Assembly (NCBI GenBank): GCA_029881355.1
Contig: JAOUMT010000002.1
Span: forward strand, 1-50,682
Direction of reading: 5' to 3'
DNA: 50,682 nt
From: Acidimicrobiia bacterium
GTDB lineage: Bacteria; Actinomycetota; Acidimicrobiia; Spongiisociales; JAENVV01
In this document: positions 9,218 through 17,841 of the stretch, one piece after another
How positions within the stretch are numbered: position 1 is the first letter of the stretch
Layout: every line of letters starts with the position of its first letter
The notes under the pieces: generated by a model
Database searches by the model: none
The model's input: the letters and a program-made list of their open reading frames with translations, nothing else
What the model was told of the DNA's origin: nothing
Made by a program: the position numbers and the translations under genes

Positions 9218-10354
9218 CTATCCCTCGGGAATTTCGCCTACTACGCCTTGGACGAAGAAGAACATCCCGAGCATGGCACCATCATCCATGCAGGTACCTT
9301 CGGCAACCTGCTCGACGCCGGCCTGATCAACGATCGGGCCACAGAAGGGGTCGAAGTCCCCGGCGATCATCTCAGCCTTCTTGGCCTCAACGAGGTCAAT
9401 GGTCTCCTGGGTCACGGAGGGGCCGTACGACGCCAGGTCAACCAGCCCGGTCTCAAGGCCACCCCAGAACGACTCATCGCCGTCATAGGTGCCGGCCCGA
9501 ACCTCTTCAACGAGCGGAACGTATTTCGCCGCCCAATCCCAGATGGGAGCACTCAGGAGAGAATCGCCGACAAACGAACGGCTGTCGGTGTTGTAACCAA
9601 CCGAATACCCGCCCCGATCGGCGGCGGCCTTCTGGGGTTCGGTGGTGTCCTGATGCTGGGCGATAACATCGGCTCCGGCATCCAATAGAGCTTCAGCGGC
9701 TTCCTTTTCTTCTGGAGGGCCGAACCAGGTATTGGTCCAAACGACACGGACTTCGGCATCTGGATTGACAGCCTGGACGCCAAGGGTGAAGGCGTTGATC
9801 CCGCGAATCACCTCAGGGATCGGAAAGGCGGCGACGTATCCGATAATGTTCGATTCCGTCTGGGCCCCGGCGATCATGCCGGTCAGGTAGCGCGGCTGGT
9901 ACATACGGCCAAAGACGTTGGACATGTTCGGTGCATTCTTGAAGCCTGAGATGTGCACGAACTGGACGTCTGGGAACTCACCGGCAACCGCCAGGGTTGG
10001 GTCCATGTAGCCAAACGAAGTAGTGATGATGATGTCGTTACCGGCCTGGGCGAACTCGCGGATCACCCGCTCGGCATCAGGTCCTTCCTCGACGTTCTCG
10101 ATGAAGGTGGTTTCGACACCGTCGAGCGCTTCAACAGCCAACCGACCCTGTTCATGCGAATACGTCCAACCCAGGTCGCCGATCGGAGCCACGTAGACAA
10201 ACGCCACCTTGGTGATCTCATCTGTTGCGCCAGTGTCGGTTGGGGCTTGTGTGTCGTCCGTACCCGCCACGGTCGTGGTGGCGGTGTCGCCCCCGCATGC
10301 CGCTACTGCCAGTAACAGCGCCAAAAGTAGGGCGCTTAGCCGTCCAGTTCTCAC
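9218..10354 (-). CDS. BMP-family (PnrA/Med-like) ABC substrate-binding lipoprotein
   Basis: Signal peptide with lipobox LLAVAAC, then KVAFVYVAPIGDLGWTYSHEQG, typical of basic membrane protein purine-nucleoside binders. GTG start with GGAGG about 8 nt upstream. Confidence 0.9.
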   Translation of the reverse strand: MRTGRLSALLLALLLAVAACGGDTATTTVAGTDDTQAPTDTGATDEITKVAFVYVAPIGDLGWTYSHEQGRLAVEALDGVETTFIENVEEGPDAERVIREFAQAGNDIIITTSFGYMDPTLAVAGEFPDVQFVHISGFKNAPNMSNVFGRMYQPRYLTGMIAGAQTESNIIGYVAAFPIPEVIRGINAFTLGVQAVNPDAEVRVVWTNTWFGPPEEKEAAEALLDAGADVIAQHQDTTEPQKAAADRGGYSVGYNTDSRSFVGDSLLSAPIWDWAAKYVPLVEEVRAGTYDGDESFWGGLETGLVDLASYGPSVTQETIDLVEAKKAEMIAGDFDPFCGPIVDQAGVEQVAEGTCMDDGAMLGMFFFVQGVVGEIPEG

Positions 10355-10377
10355 GATATGTCCTCCAGTAATGAATA

Positions 10378-10434
10378 CATCGGTGTTCCAGTTTTCGCAT
10401 CGGTGTGACGCGCGTCAGCCAGATTGCCACACCG
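10378..10434. promoter_or_regulatory. Repeated CATCGGTGT / ACACCG motif in the leader of the transporter genes (possible operator)
   Basis: CATCGGTGT occurs at 10378-10386 and 10398-10406 (20-nt period). An inverted ACACCGA occurs at 10429-10435. The outer copies can form an 8-bp stem (TCGGTGTG/CACACCGA). Confidence 0.3.
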
Positions 10435-10463
10435 ACGGGCCACGTAACGAGTCAGGGGCGGAT

Positions 10464-12236
10464 TCATTTGAGCGGAATAGGCCACCCTTCTTCAGCGTGA
10501 AAGATCTCGGCGAGGCGAGTCACATCCGATTCATGACCCTCGGAGGCCGTGATGGTGAAGCCGGTACCCGATGGGGCGACCAGAAAACCCTGGTCAACGG
10601 CTGCGGCGAACCGAGCCGGGTCGAGGTAGATCTTCGGCTTGATCTGGGCAGGATCACCGACCTCGGGACAAAAGACCATACAGTTGCCGCACTCATTACA
10701 GGCCTCGGCGAGCACGAAGTACTGCTGTCTCCCCGGCACATCCATCGATTTCGGCGTGGGGAGCCGGAAAAAGGCGTCATTAGGACACACGGTCACACAG
10801 AAGTTGCAGGCGACGCACCCCCACATTTCAAGGTTGTGATCCACATGGCGCGGAAGTTTCTCGTTGCCGGTCAGGTGGTACGTCGGGTTCAGATCACCGG
10901 TGAGCATGGCCGCCATATGGGCATGAGCGGCTCCGCGGAATCCGGCTGCCCTGGCCACGTTCCACTCATGCGTGCGCCAGCTCTTCAGGGAAAAGGCGCC
11001 AACCGCTCGCATGTCATCGGCCAACCGTGACAGCATCGGGGCTATCCGACCGTAGCCACCGGGTTTCAAGAGATCCGAGCAAACCGTCGCCGGACGAACC
11101 CCCATGCCGATCGCCTGGGAGAGGTTCTCCTTCGTGATTCCGGCAGAAAAGCTCACCTGGACGTCACCGTCATGACCTTCGACCATGAACGTGTTCGGAA
11201 GCGCCGAAATGAGTTCATCAAGCAAGGTGGTCGCCAGCACGTGCAATGGCGCGCCGGAAAGATACATCGGGTCGTCGCCAAGGAAACCCTTATGATTCTC
11301 GACGACGAGGGTATTCGTGAGCTTGACCCCGAACCTCCGGCCCCTGGCCTGTGCATAGGAGCGAAGCTCCTCGATGAGTGCGACGCCCCGATCGAATTGC
11401 AGGTCGTCGGTGAACGATTGCCGGTTGAGGCGGATGTGTTCGTAGCCCAACTGCTGTTGGACGATCTCGCAAACTCGTCCGAATCCGAGAAGGGTGGGGT
11501 TGAGCGTGACGATCACGTCGAGGCCGTGGTGATCCATGAGATATTTGGTGATCGATTCGATCTCGTCGGGTGGGCAGCCGTGAAACGTCGAGAGCGTAAC
11601 GGTATCGGCAATACGCGTTCCGAACTCGATCTCGCGCATGGCACCAAAAGCCTCGGGGATCAAGGGCCGCAGTCGTTCGATCTCGTTCGAGGCGTCCATC
11701 ATGGCGGTGATGAATCCTTCGACCTTCGGACTCGAGATCCCCGCCAGGTCGTAACCAACTGACATGTCGAAGACGAACGGGCCGGTGTCGCGGCCCAGAT
11801 ACGGGCGAAGCGGCTCCCATCGTTTGAGGATCTCGATGATCATCCAGGCTTTGACGTACTCTTCGAGTGATTCGCCGATTTTGAGCTCCTGGCTCCACTC
11901 GGTGTTGAATCCCACCGTCTCCATGTCGATACATGGTCGGGCGATCTCCAGGTCGTCGATGATCTGGACCGTCTTCAACTCGAACAAGCGAGCCCCTGCC
12001 AACCACGACAGCACAATGTTTTGAGCTAGCTGGCTGTGGGGTCCGGCAGCCGGGCCGACGGGCGTCGCGGCGAGTCTTCCAAGAAACTCGAACGACAGAT
12101 CGACATCAGGATCCGGTTTCCAATATCGGGCGGTTGGCAGATCGTAGATCCGATTGCGTGTCTCGAACTCGAATGCGATCCGCCGCAACAGCACATCCAG
12201 AGGAAACGGGGTAAGTGGCGGGACGTCGTTGGCCAT
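10464..12236 (-). CDS. YgfK-like protein, N-terminal half only: DHOD/DPD-like TIM barrel plus 2x[4Fe-4S] ferredoxin domain
   Basis: 590 aa. The N-terminus (FEFETRNRIYDLP...PVGPAAGPHSQLAQNI..AGARLFELKTVQ) resembles the YgfK/putative selenate reductase subunit. Cluster motifs CVACNFCVTVCP and CNECGNCMVFCPE lie near the C-terminus. No GltD-like FAD/NAD half is present. Confidence 0.8.
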   Translation of the reverse strand: MANDVPPLTPFPLDVLLRRIAFEFETRNRIYDLPTARYWKPDPDVDLSFEFLGRLAATPVGPAAGPHSQLAQNIVLSWLAGARLFELKTVQIIDDLEIARPCIDMETVGFNTEWSQELKIGESLEEYVKAWMIIEILKRWEPLRPYLGRDTGPFVFDMSVGYDLAGISSPKVEGFITAMMDASNEIERLRPLIPEAFGAMREIEFGTRIADTVTLSTFHGCPPDEIESITKYLMDHHGLDVIVTLNPTLLGFGRVCEIVQQQLGYEHIRLNRQSFTDDLQFDRGVALIEELRSYAQARGRRFGVKLTNTLVVENHKGFLGDDPMYLSGAPLHVLATTLLDELISALPNTFMVEGHDGDVQVSFSAGITKENLSQAIGMGVRPATVCSDLLKPGGYGRIAPMLSRLADDMRAVGAFSLKSWRTHEWNVARAAGFRGAAHAHMAAMLTGDLNPTYHLTGNEKLPRHVDHNLEMWGCVACNFCVTVCPNDAFFRLPTPKSMDVPGRQQYFVLAEACNECGNCMVFCPEVGDPAQIKPKIYLDPARFAAAVDQGFLVAPSGTGFTITASEGHESDVTRLAEIFHAEEGWPIPLK

Positions 12237-12247
12237 GGGTTCCTCTC

Positions 12248-13267
12248 CTAGAGCCGGGCGTGGAGTCTGGCAGCCTGTTCGGATGCCTTGGCGCGTATCT
12301 CGTCTGGATCAACCATCGTGGGGACGCCTGCGTCCAGAACCACCTGACCATCGACCTCGACCCGGAGCGGTCGTACCCCTGGGGTGAAGGCGAGGTGCCA
12401 CGGGTCCATGGGCTGGTACGACCAGGTCACCAGGTCTTCCTTGGCTTGGGGAAACAGGCTCCAACCGGTCTCCAACCAGCTCCAGGCTGATTCGGGAGAG
12501 GCCGTCACATCGACTGATCGGTGGAGAACGTATGCCAGTCGGAACGACTCGATCACGTTGGCTCCAATGCCATCGGTTCCCAGCGCCACTGGATTCTTGA
12601 AACGGATTGGATTGGCATAACCGACCGCATTGTTCAAGTTCGACATGGGGTTGTGAAGGATCGTTCCGCGTAAGTCGTGCGAGTCGGGAAGATGGACGCA
12701 ATGGGCCAGGAGCCAGCTGTCGCTGGTGAGACCGGCCAACTTGTCCGGTGCCTCGTAGTCCTCGGGGCCTTCACAAACATGGATGTGTACCCCAACCCCC
12801 AACTCGTCGGCCAGGGCGGCCGCCCCTTCAAGCGTTTCGCGTGAACATGTAAAAGCCGCGTGAATGCCGACGAGGCCGTCGCCGCCTTCTGAGATAAACC
12901 GACGATTCTCTTCCAGGCCACGTTGGGCGCCGTCTGGCCCGTGGCGGTCGGTAATCCCGTAGGCGGTTTTGACTCGCACGCCTACCTCTGCACACGCCTT
13001 CGCAATGACCGACAGACTCCCTTCGATCGCGTTCGGCGACTCGTGATGGTCGATGATCGCAGTCGTTCCCGATTCGAGGGCTTCGAGCGCCGCCAGCTTG
13101 GCGGACCACTCGATCATGTCAAGATCAAGGGCGGTATCAAGGCGCCACCACACCTGTTCGAGGATCTCTTGGAAGGTAGTCGCGGTCTTCGGGGGGGCCG
13201 GCATCCCTCTCGCCAGCGACGAATAGAGGTGATGATGGGCACAGACCAGGCCGGGCGTTGTGTCCAC
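12248..13267 (-). CDS. SsnA-like amidohydrolase, N-terminally short
   Basis: 339 aa starting MDTTPGLVCAHHHLYSSLARGMP, so the HxH metal motif is only about 10 residues from the start. There is an in-frame stop immediately upstream (13268-13270), and the upstream gene ends at 13291. Confidence 0.8.
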   Translation of the reverse strand: MDTTPGLVCAHHHLYSSLARGMPAPPKTATTFQEILEQVWWRLDTALDLDMIEWSAKLAALEALESGTTAIIDHHESPNAIEGSLSVIAKACAEVGVRVKTAYGITDRHGPDGAQRGLEENRRFISEGGDGLVGIHAAFTCSRETLEGAAALADELGVGVHIHVCEGPEDYEAPDKLAGLTSDSWLLAHCVHLPDSHDLRGTILHNPMSNLNNAVGYANPIRFKNPVALGTDGIGANVIESFRLAYVLHRSVDVTASPESAWSWLETGWSLFPQAKEDLVTWSYQPMDPWHLAFTPGVRPLRVEVDGQVVLDAGVPTMVDPDEIRAKASEQAARLHARL

Positions 13268-13290
13268 TTATCGGCCCTCTGCCCGGCGGA

Positions 13291-15888
13291 TCATCCGACG
13301 TCCACCGGCGAGTACGTATTGAACGGCAACTGATTTCTCCGGGTCCCATCAACCTCAAACAACGCCTGGGCCACGGCACCGGCCGTGGGGACGAGACCGA
13401 TCTCGCCCACGCCCTTGATGCCATACGGCGCCCGTGGCTGGGGTGCCTCGACCAGGAGAACCTCGATTTCGGGAACATCCTTGGGACGCAAGATGCCGAG
13501 ACTCCTCAGCGTCATATTGGTGGGCCGGCCGTTTTCGTCGGTCGGGAAGTCCTCGGTGAGCGCATAGCCGAGGCCCATGTGAACCGATCCCTCGACTTGC
13601 CCCCTGCAGAGCAGCGGATTGACCGCCCGTCCGACGTCGTGGGCTGCTACGACCTTTTCGATCTTTCCCGTTTCCTTGTCGGCGATGACGACCTGAGCGG
13701 CGTATCCAAACGCCGAATGCAGAATCGGGTTCTCAAGGCCATCGGACAGTTTGTTCGTCCAGTCGACCCGATACTCACCCTCATAGTCCACTCCGACTCG
13801 GCAGCCGTCGGCGATCGCAGCCTGACAGGCCGCCTGCACCGACCCGGCTCCCATGAGTGTGCCACGCGACCCGGTGGTTTGACCGGCGCCGAGTTCCCGA
13901 GATGTGTCAACCACCACCCGGATCCGACCCGCATCGATGCCCAACTCTTCGGAAGCGACCTGGAGTGCGACCGTGTGAACCCCCTGACCCATCTCGGTCC
14001 AGCAATGGCGAACCTCAACGACGCCATCCTCCTCAAAGCGCACGACCGCCCTGGCGATTTCGAGGAACCCGTTGCCCAAACCCGAATTCTTGAGAGCCAG
14101 ACCGAGACCAACCGCCTTGCCCGCTTGGCGGGCGGCGTCATAGGGAGCCTTGATGGCGTCAAGGCACATCCGTACCCCGGCCGAACCGTCGTCCATGATC
14201 TGCCCGGGACCCCACACGACTCCTGGTTCTATGGCGTTGCGGCTGCGCATCTCCCAACCGGTGATCCCGACCTTTTCGGCAAGCCGATCCATGACACCTT
14301 CCATGGCGAACTGCGCCTGATTGGCACCAAACCCTCGAAATGCCCCACAGACGGAGTTGTTGGTCCGAACCGCCGTTGCCTTCACGTCGATGTTGGGAAC
14401 CACGTAAGGACCGCTCGCATGACCGGCGGCCCGCTCAAGCACCTTCATCCCGACAGACGCATACGGACCGGAATCCCCGATCATCCGGACCCTCAGCCCG
14501 ACCAGTCTGCCGTCGGCGTCGCACCCGGCCCTGGTTTCGATGCGGATCGGATGTCGTTTGGCGTGTATAAAAAAACTCTGTTCGCGCGTAATCGTGCACT
14601 TCACCGGGCGACCCGACAGATGAGCAGCCAGGGCGGTCTGCGCCTGATTGGACATGTCCTCTTTGCCGCCGAAGGCTCCTCCATTCGAAACGAGCTGCAC
14701 GGTGATCGCGGCCTGCTCGACGCCCAACACCGCGGCGATCTGATCACGGTCATCCCACACGCCCTGCCCTCCCGAGTAAACGTGCAGTCCGGCATCGGTC
14801 GGCACGGCCAGGGTCGACTCCGGCTCAAGAAACGCGTGCTCGATCCGTTGGGTCACAAAGACTTCATCGACCGTATGGGTCGCACCGGCCAGCGCTTGTT
14901 CAACGTCACCGCGTGCATATTCCGAGATTGACAGCTGATTGCCATCCAACTCCCACACGGCATCTTCAGACTCAAGCGCAGTCAACGGATCGGTGATCGG
15001 CGTCAGAACGTTGTAGGTGACCTCAACGAGTTCGGCAGCTTCCCGAGCGGTCTGCTGGTCTTCGGCCACCACGATCGCCAGGACATCACCGAGATAGGAA
15101 GTACGACCGCCCACCGGTATGAACACCGGCCAGTCTTTGTAGATGATCCCTACCCGCAGATCACCCGGCACATCGGCAGCGGTATACACAGCAATGACGC
15201 CGGGCACCGCTAAAGCGGGAGCGGTATCGATCCCCAGAATGTCAGCCCGTGCGTGGTCGGATAGCCGTAACGCGCCGTGGACCATTCCGGGCACCCGCAA
15301 ATCGTCTACGTAGCCGCGATCTCCCAGGGCCAAGGCTTCGGCTTCGTACTTGACGCTCGAAGTCCCGATACCACCCTCGACATGGACCTCGGGAATCTCT
15401 TCACCGGAGGCGAGCAACTCGATGGCGTCGACGATGCCGACATACCCAGTGCACCGGCACAAATGAGCACCGAGCCGACCTTCGATGGTGGTTCGGTCGA
15501 GGTCCTTGCCCTTTTGGTCAATGAGCGCCTTGGCACGAACCAGGATCCCGGGCGTGCAAAAGCCACATTGAAGCGCACCCTTGGCGGCGAACCCGCGAGC
15601 CAGTCGATCGCGTTCGGCCTCGTCGAACCCCTCGAGGGTGACAACCTCTTTGCCTGCCGCCTTCTCCATCGATACCAGACACGCCTGAATGGCCTTACCA
15701 TCGAGCAGAACCGTGCAGCACCCACACTGACCTTGCGGCGCACAGCCGTCTTTGGCAGATGTCACGCCCACTTCTTCGCGTAGTGCCGCCAACAAATGCG
15801 GGTGGTGCATCCCGACCTCGATCGCCTGACCGTTGACCACAAGGTTGGTCTTCTCGGTGGTTCGAACGTACACCGGGGTTGCCGTCAT
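13291..15888 (-). CDS. XdhD-like fused [2Fe-2S] plus molybdopterin-binding hydroxylase
   Basis: 865 aa. The N-terminus has GCAPQGQCGCCTV, CGFCTPG and CRCTGY Fe-S motifs. The rest is a Moco-binding aldehyde oxidase/xanthine dehydrogenase domain (GGAFGGKED, GAFRGFGANQ). ATGA overlap at 15885-15888. Confidence 0.9.
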   Translation of the reverse strand: MTATPVYVRTTEKTNLVVNGQAIEVGMHHPHLLAALREEVGVTSAKDGCAPQGQCGCCTVLLDGKAIQACLVSMEKAAGKEVVTLEGFDEAERDRLARGFAAKGALQCGFCTPGILVRAKALIDQKGKDLDRTTIEGRLGAHLCRCTGYVGIVDAIELLASGEEIPEVHVEGGIGTSSVKYEAEALALGDRGYVDDLRVPGMVHGALRLSDHARADILGIDTAPALAVPGVIAVYTAADVPGDLRVGIIYKDWPVFIPVGGRTSYLGDVLAIVVAEDQQTAREAAELVEVTYNVLTPITDPLTALESEDAVWELDGNQLSISEYARGDVEQALAGATHTVDEVFVTQRIEHAFLEPESTLAVPTDAGLHVYSGGQGVWDDRDQIAAVLGVEQAAITVQLVSNGGAFGGKEDMSNQAQTALAAHLSGRPVKCTITREQSFFIHAKRHPIRIETRAGCDADGRLVGLRVRMIGDSGPYASVGMKVLERAAGHASGPYVVPNIDVKATAVRTNNSVCGAFRGFGANQAQFAMEGVMDRLAEKVGITGWEMRSRNAIEPGVVWGPGQIMDDGSAGVRMCLDAIKAPYDAARQAGKAVGLGLALKNSGLGNGFLEIARAVVRFEEDGVVEVRHCWTEMGQGVHTVALQVASEELGIDAGRIRVVVDTSRELGAGQTTGSRGTLMGAGSVQAACQAAIADGCRVGVDYEGEYRVDWTNKLSDGLENPILHSAFGYAAQVVIADKETGKIEKVVAAHDVGRAVNPLLCRGQVEGSVHMGLGYALTEDFPTDENGRPTNMTLRSLGILRPKDVPEIEVLLVEAPQPRAPYGIKGVGEIGLVPTAGAVAQALFEVDGTRRNQLPFNTYSPVDVG

Positions 15889-16814
15889 GAATTCTCTCCT
15901 GGGCGAGACACTCCGCGCTGTTCGGTGATCCGTCGATAGGCGGCGGGAACCCGATATCGCTCAAAATCGAACAGTGTGGTCTTGTAAAACCGGGTGTAGT
16001 CGAGATCGATTCTGGCCACGATGACCTCATCTCCGGTGGTAATCGCCTGGGCAATTATTTGGCCCGACGGAGCAATGATCACCGATTGGGCCAGGGATTC
16101 GACTCCCTCTTCGAACCCGCCTTTGGCGACCCCAACCACGTAGGTGCCGTTCTGATAGGCACCGGCCTGCATCACCAGATGATTATGAAAGGCCTGCAAA
16201 GGATTCTGAGTCGGATCGGGCGCATACGCCAACGGCGTGTTGTAGCCGATGAGGATCAGTTCAACACCTTGCAGGCCCATGACCCGATACGTCTCTGACC
16301 ACCGGCGGTCATTGCAAAGGGCCATACCGACGACCCCCCCAAAAGCATCCGCCACCGGAAAATCCTCTCCTGGCTCGAAATAGTGCCGCTCCGCATGCTG
16401 AAACTGTCGCCAGGGTTCATGGGCTGCATGGCCGGGGATATGGACCTTCTCGAACACGTTCACCGTCTCGCCTTCTCGGTCGACCAGGTGATACACGTTG
16501 TGGCGTCGGCCGTCGGCGCCGAGTCGGGCATAACCCAACGCGAAACCGATACCGAGCCGACGCGCCTCATCCCACAGCGGCTTGGTATGCCGGTTCGGCA
16601 TCTCGTGCTCATAGAAATGGTCCGCTTCCTCGAACGGCATATGCCATCTCGGGAAAAAAGTGGTGAGGGCAAGCTCGGGAAAGGCGACGAGTTCGCCTCC
16701 CAGCTCTGAAGCTTCCTGAAGCATGACGATGAGGCGTTCCACGACTTCATCACGTGGAGTATCTCGCTGAACGGGGCCCATCTGGGCTGCGGCAAGGGTC
16801 AGTAGACGAGGCAT
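15885..16814 (-). CDS. Nitrilase-superfamily N-carbamoyl-amino-acid amidohydrolase (D-carbamoylase-like)
   Basis: Glu-Lys-Cys triad context: AFPELALT, KVHIPG, GMALCNDRRW. Start set at the ATG at 16814 (MPRLLTLAAAQMGP). The 26 upstream codons of the tracked ORF lie in an AT-rich promoter-like region. Confidence 0.85.
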   Translation of the reverse strand: MPRLLTLAAAQMGPVQRDTPRDEVVERLIVMLQEASELGGELVAFPELALTTFFPRWHMPFEEADHFYEHEMPNRHTKPLWDEARRLGIGFALGYARLGADGRRHNVYHLVDREGETVNVFEKVHIPGHAAHEPWRQFQHAERHYFEPGEDFPVADAFGGVVGMALCNDRRWSETYRVMGLQGVELILIGYNTPLAYAPDPTQNPLQAFHNHLVMQAGAYQNGTYVVGVAKGGFEEGVESLAQSVIIAPSGQIIAQAITTGDEVIVARIDLDYTRFYKTTLFDFERYRVPAAYRRITEQRGVSRPGENS

Positions 16815-16892
16815 GCCGGGATTATACCCAACTCGGGCGGACGAACTTATACAAAACGTAAAGTTTGATCGGTAGTCTCGTGCTGCGATCAA
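16815..16892 (-). promoter_or_regulatory. AT-rich intergenic region with TATAAT -10 box placed for a leaderless transcript
   Basis: The minus strand reads ...TTTACGTTTTGTATAAGTTCGTCCGCCCGAGTTGGGTATAATCCCGGCATG. The TATAAT (plus-strand 16821-16826) ends 6 nt before the ATG. Confidence 0.35.
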
Positions 16893-17834
16893 TCAACGAG
16901 TAAACCGAGTGCCCGCCCGACCGGCAATGGCATCTTCGATGGCCTTCGGAGACGTCACAATGGCCTCGCCCCCACCCGCCTCGAGAAAAGCCAGGATCGC
17001 CCGAATCTTTGGTTCCATGCTGCCCGGCCGAAAGTGGGTGCCTTCCTCCAGATACCGGCGGGCATCGTCGCTCGATAGGTGATCAACCCAACGCTGATCA
17101 GGTTGCCCGAAGTTCAAAGCCACCTGGTCGACCGAGGTTGAAATCAGCAGAAGGTCGGCGCGGAGTTCGGCGGCCAGCAACGCCGACGCATGATCCTTGT
17201 CGATCACTGCCGGGACGCCGACCAAACATCCCTGATCATCCGCCACGACCGGAATGCCGCCACCACCGGCCGCTATCACCACGTATCCGGCTTTAAGCAG
17301 TCGATCGACGGCATCGAGTTCCACAATCCGGAGTGGATACGGCGAGGCGACGACTCGCCGCCACCCTCGACCGGAATCTTCCATCACGTCCCAACCGTCA
17401 ACCGTCCGTCGCTCGGACGCCTCAGCTTCCGTCATGAACCCGCCGATGGGTTTGGTCGGATGCTGAAACGCCGGATCATCAGAACCGACCTCCACCTGGG
17501 TCACGAGAGTCACGACTCGCTCGGGAAGCCCCATCCGTTTGAAGTCGTTGAGGAGGTTTTGCTGAAGGAGATACCCGATCGCCCCTTGCGTATCTGCACC
17601 GCACACTTCCAGCGGCACCTCGTGCAGTTCGTTACGGGCTAATTCGGAACGCCTCAGGATGAATCCAATCTGGGGACCGTTGCCATGGGTGACCACTACG
17701 CTCCAACCAGAAGCCACCATGTTGGCGATGTGATGGTCGGTCTCTGCGGCTGCGAGATATTGATCTTGCACCGACTGGTGCTCGGGATCGGTGATGAGAC
17801 TGTTCCCACCAATGGCTACGACGGCAACTGGCAT
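16893..17834 (-). CDS. arcC: Carbamate kinase
   Basis: 313 aa with VVAIGGNSL and THGNGPQIG signatures and typical length. Confidence 0.9.
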   Translation of the reverse strand: MPVAVVAIGGNSLITDPEHQSVQDQYLAAAETDHHIANMVASGWSVVVTHGNGPQIGFILRRSELARNELHEVPLEVCGADTQGAIGYLLQQNLLNDFKRMGLPERVVTLVTQVEVGSDDPAFQHPTKPIGGFMTEAEASERRTVDGWDVMEDSGRGWRRVVASPYPLRIVELDAVDRLLKAGYVVIAAGGGGIPVVADDQGCLVGVPAVIDKDHASALLAAELRADLLLISTSVDQVALNFGQPDQRWVDHLSSDDARRYLEEGTHFRPGSMEPKIRAILAFLEAGGGEAIVTSPKAIEDAIAGRAGTRFTR

Positions 17835-17841
17835 TGGTCCC

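Noticed and set aside
10355-10463. Possible purine (guanine/adenine) riboswitch in front of the BMP-family importer.
   Set aside because: The region is about 110 nt, but it lacks the conserved three-way-junction core sequences (UAUAAU...GGAUAUGGC...CUACCGGG...CCGUAAAU type) that I recall. I report the repeats as an unexplained motif instead.
12248-13290. Frameshifted pseudogene as an explanation for the short SsnA-like ORF.
   Set aside because: There is no room for the missing N-terminal codons in any frame: only 23 nt lie between the in-frame stop and the end of the upstream gene, whose C-terminus looks complete. I kept it as an intact but short CDS and flagged it as a finding.
13258-14931. 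557-aa ORF on the plus strand opposite the XdhD-like gene. Similar long antisense ORFs: 32179-33951 (590 aa), 39365-40531 (388 aa), 23877-24806 (309 aa), 30861-31625, 36908-37660, 45832-46578 and 38877-39740.
   Set aside because: Their translations are Arg/Pro/Gly-rich and low in complexity, with no recognisable motifs. The opposite strand encodes proteins with clear family signatures in every case. They are typical shadow ORFs of GC-rich DNA.
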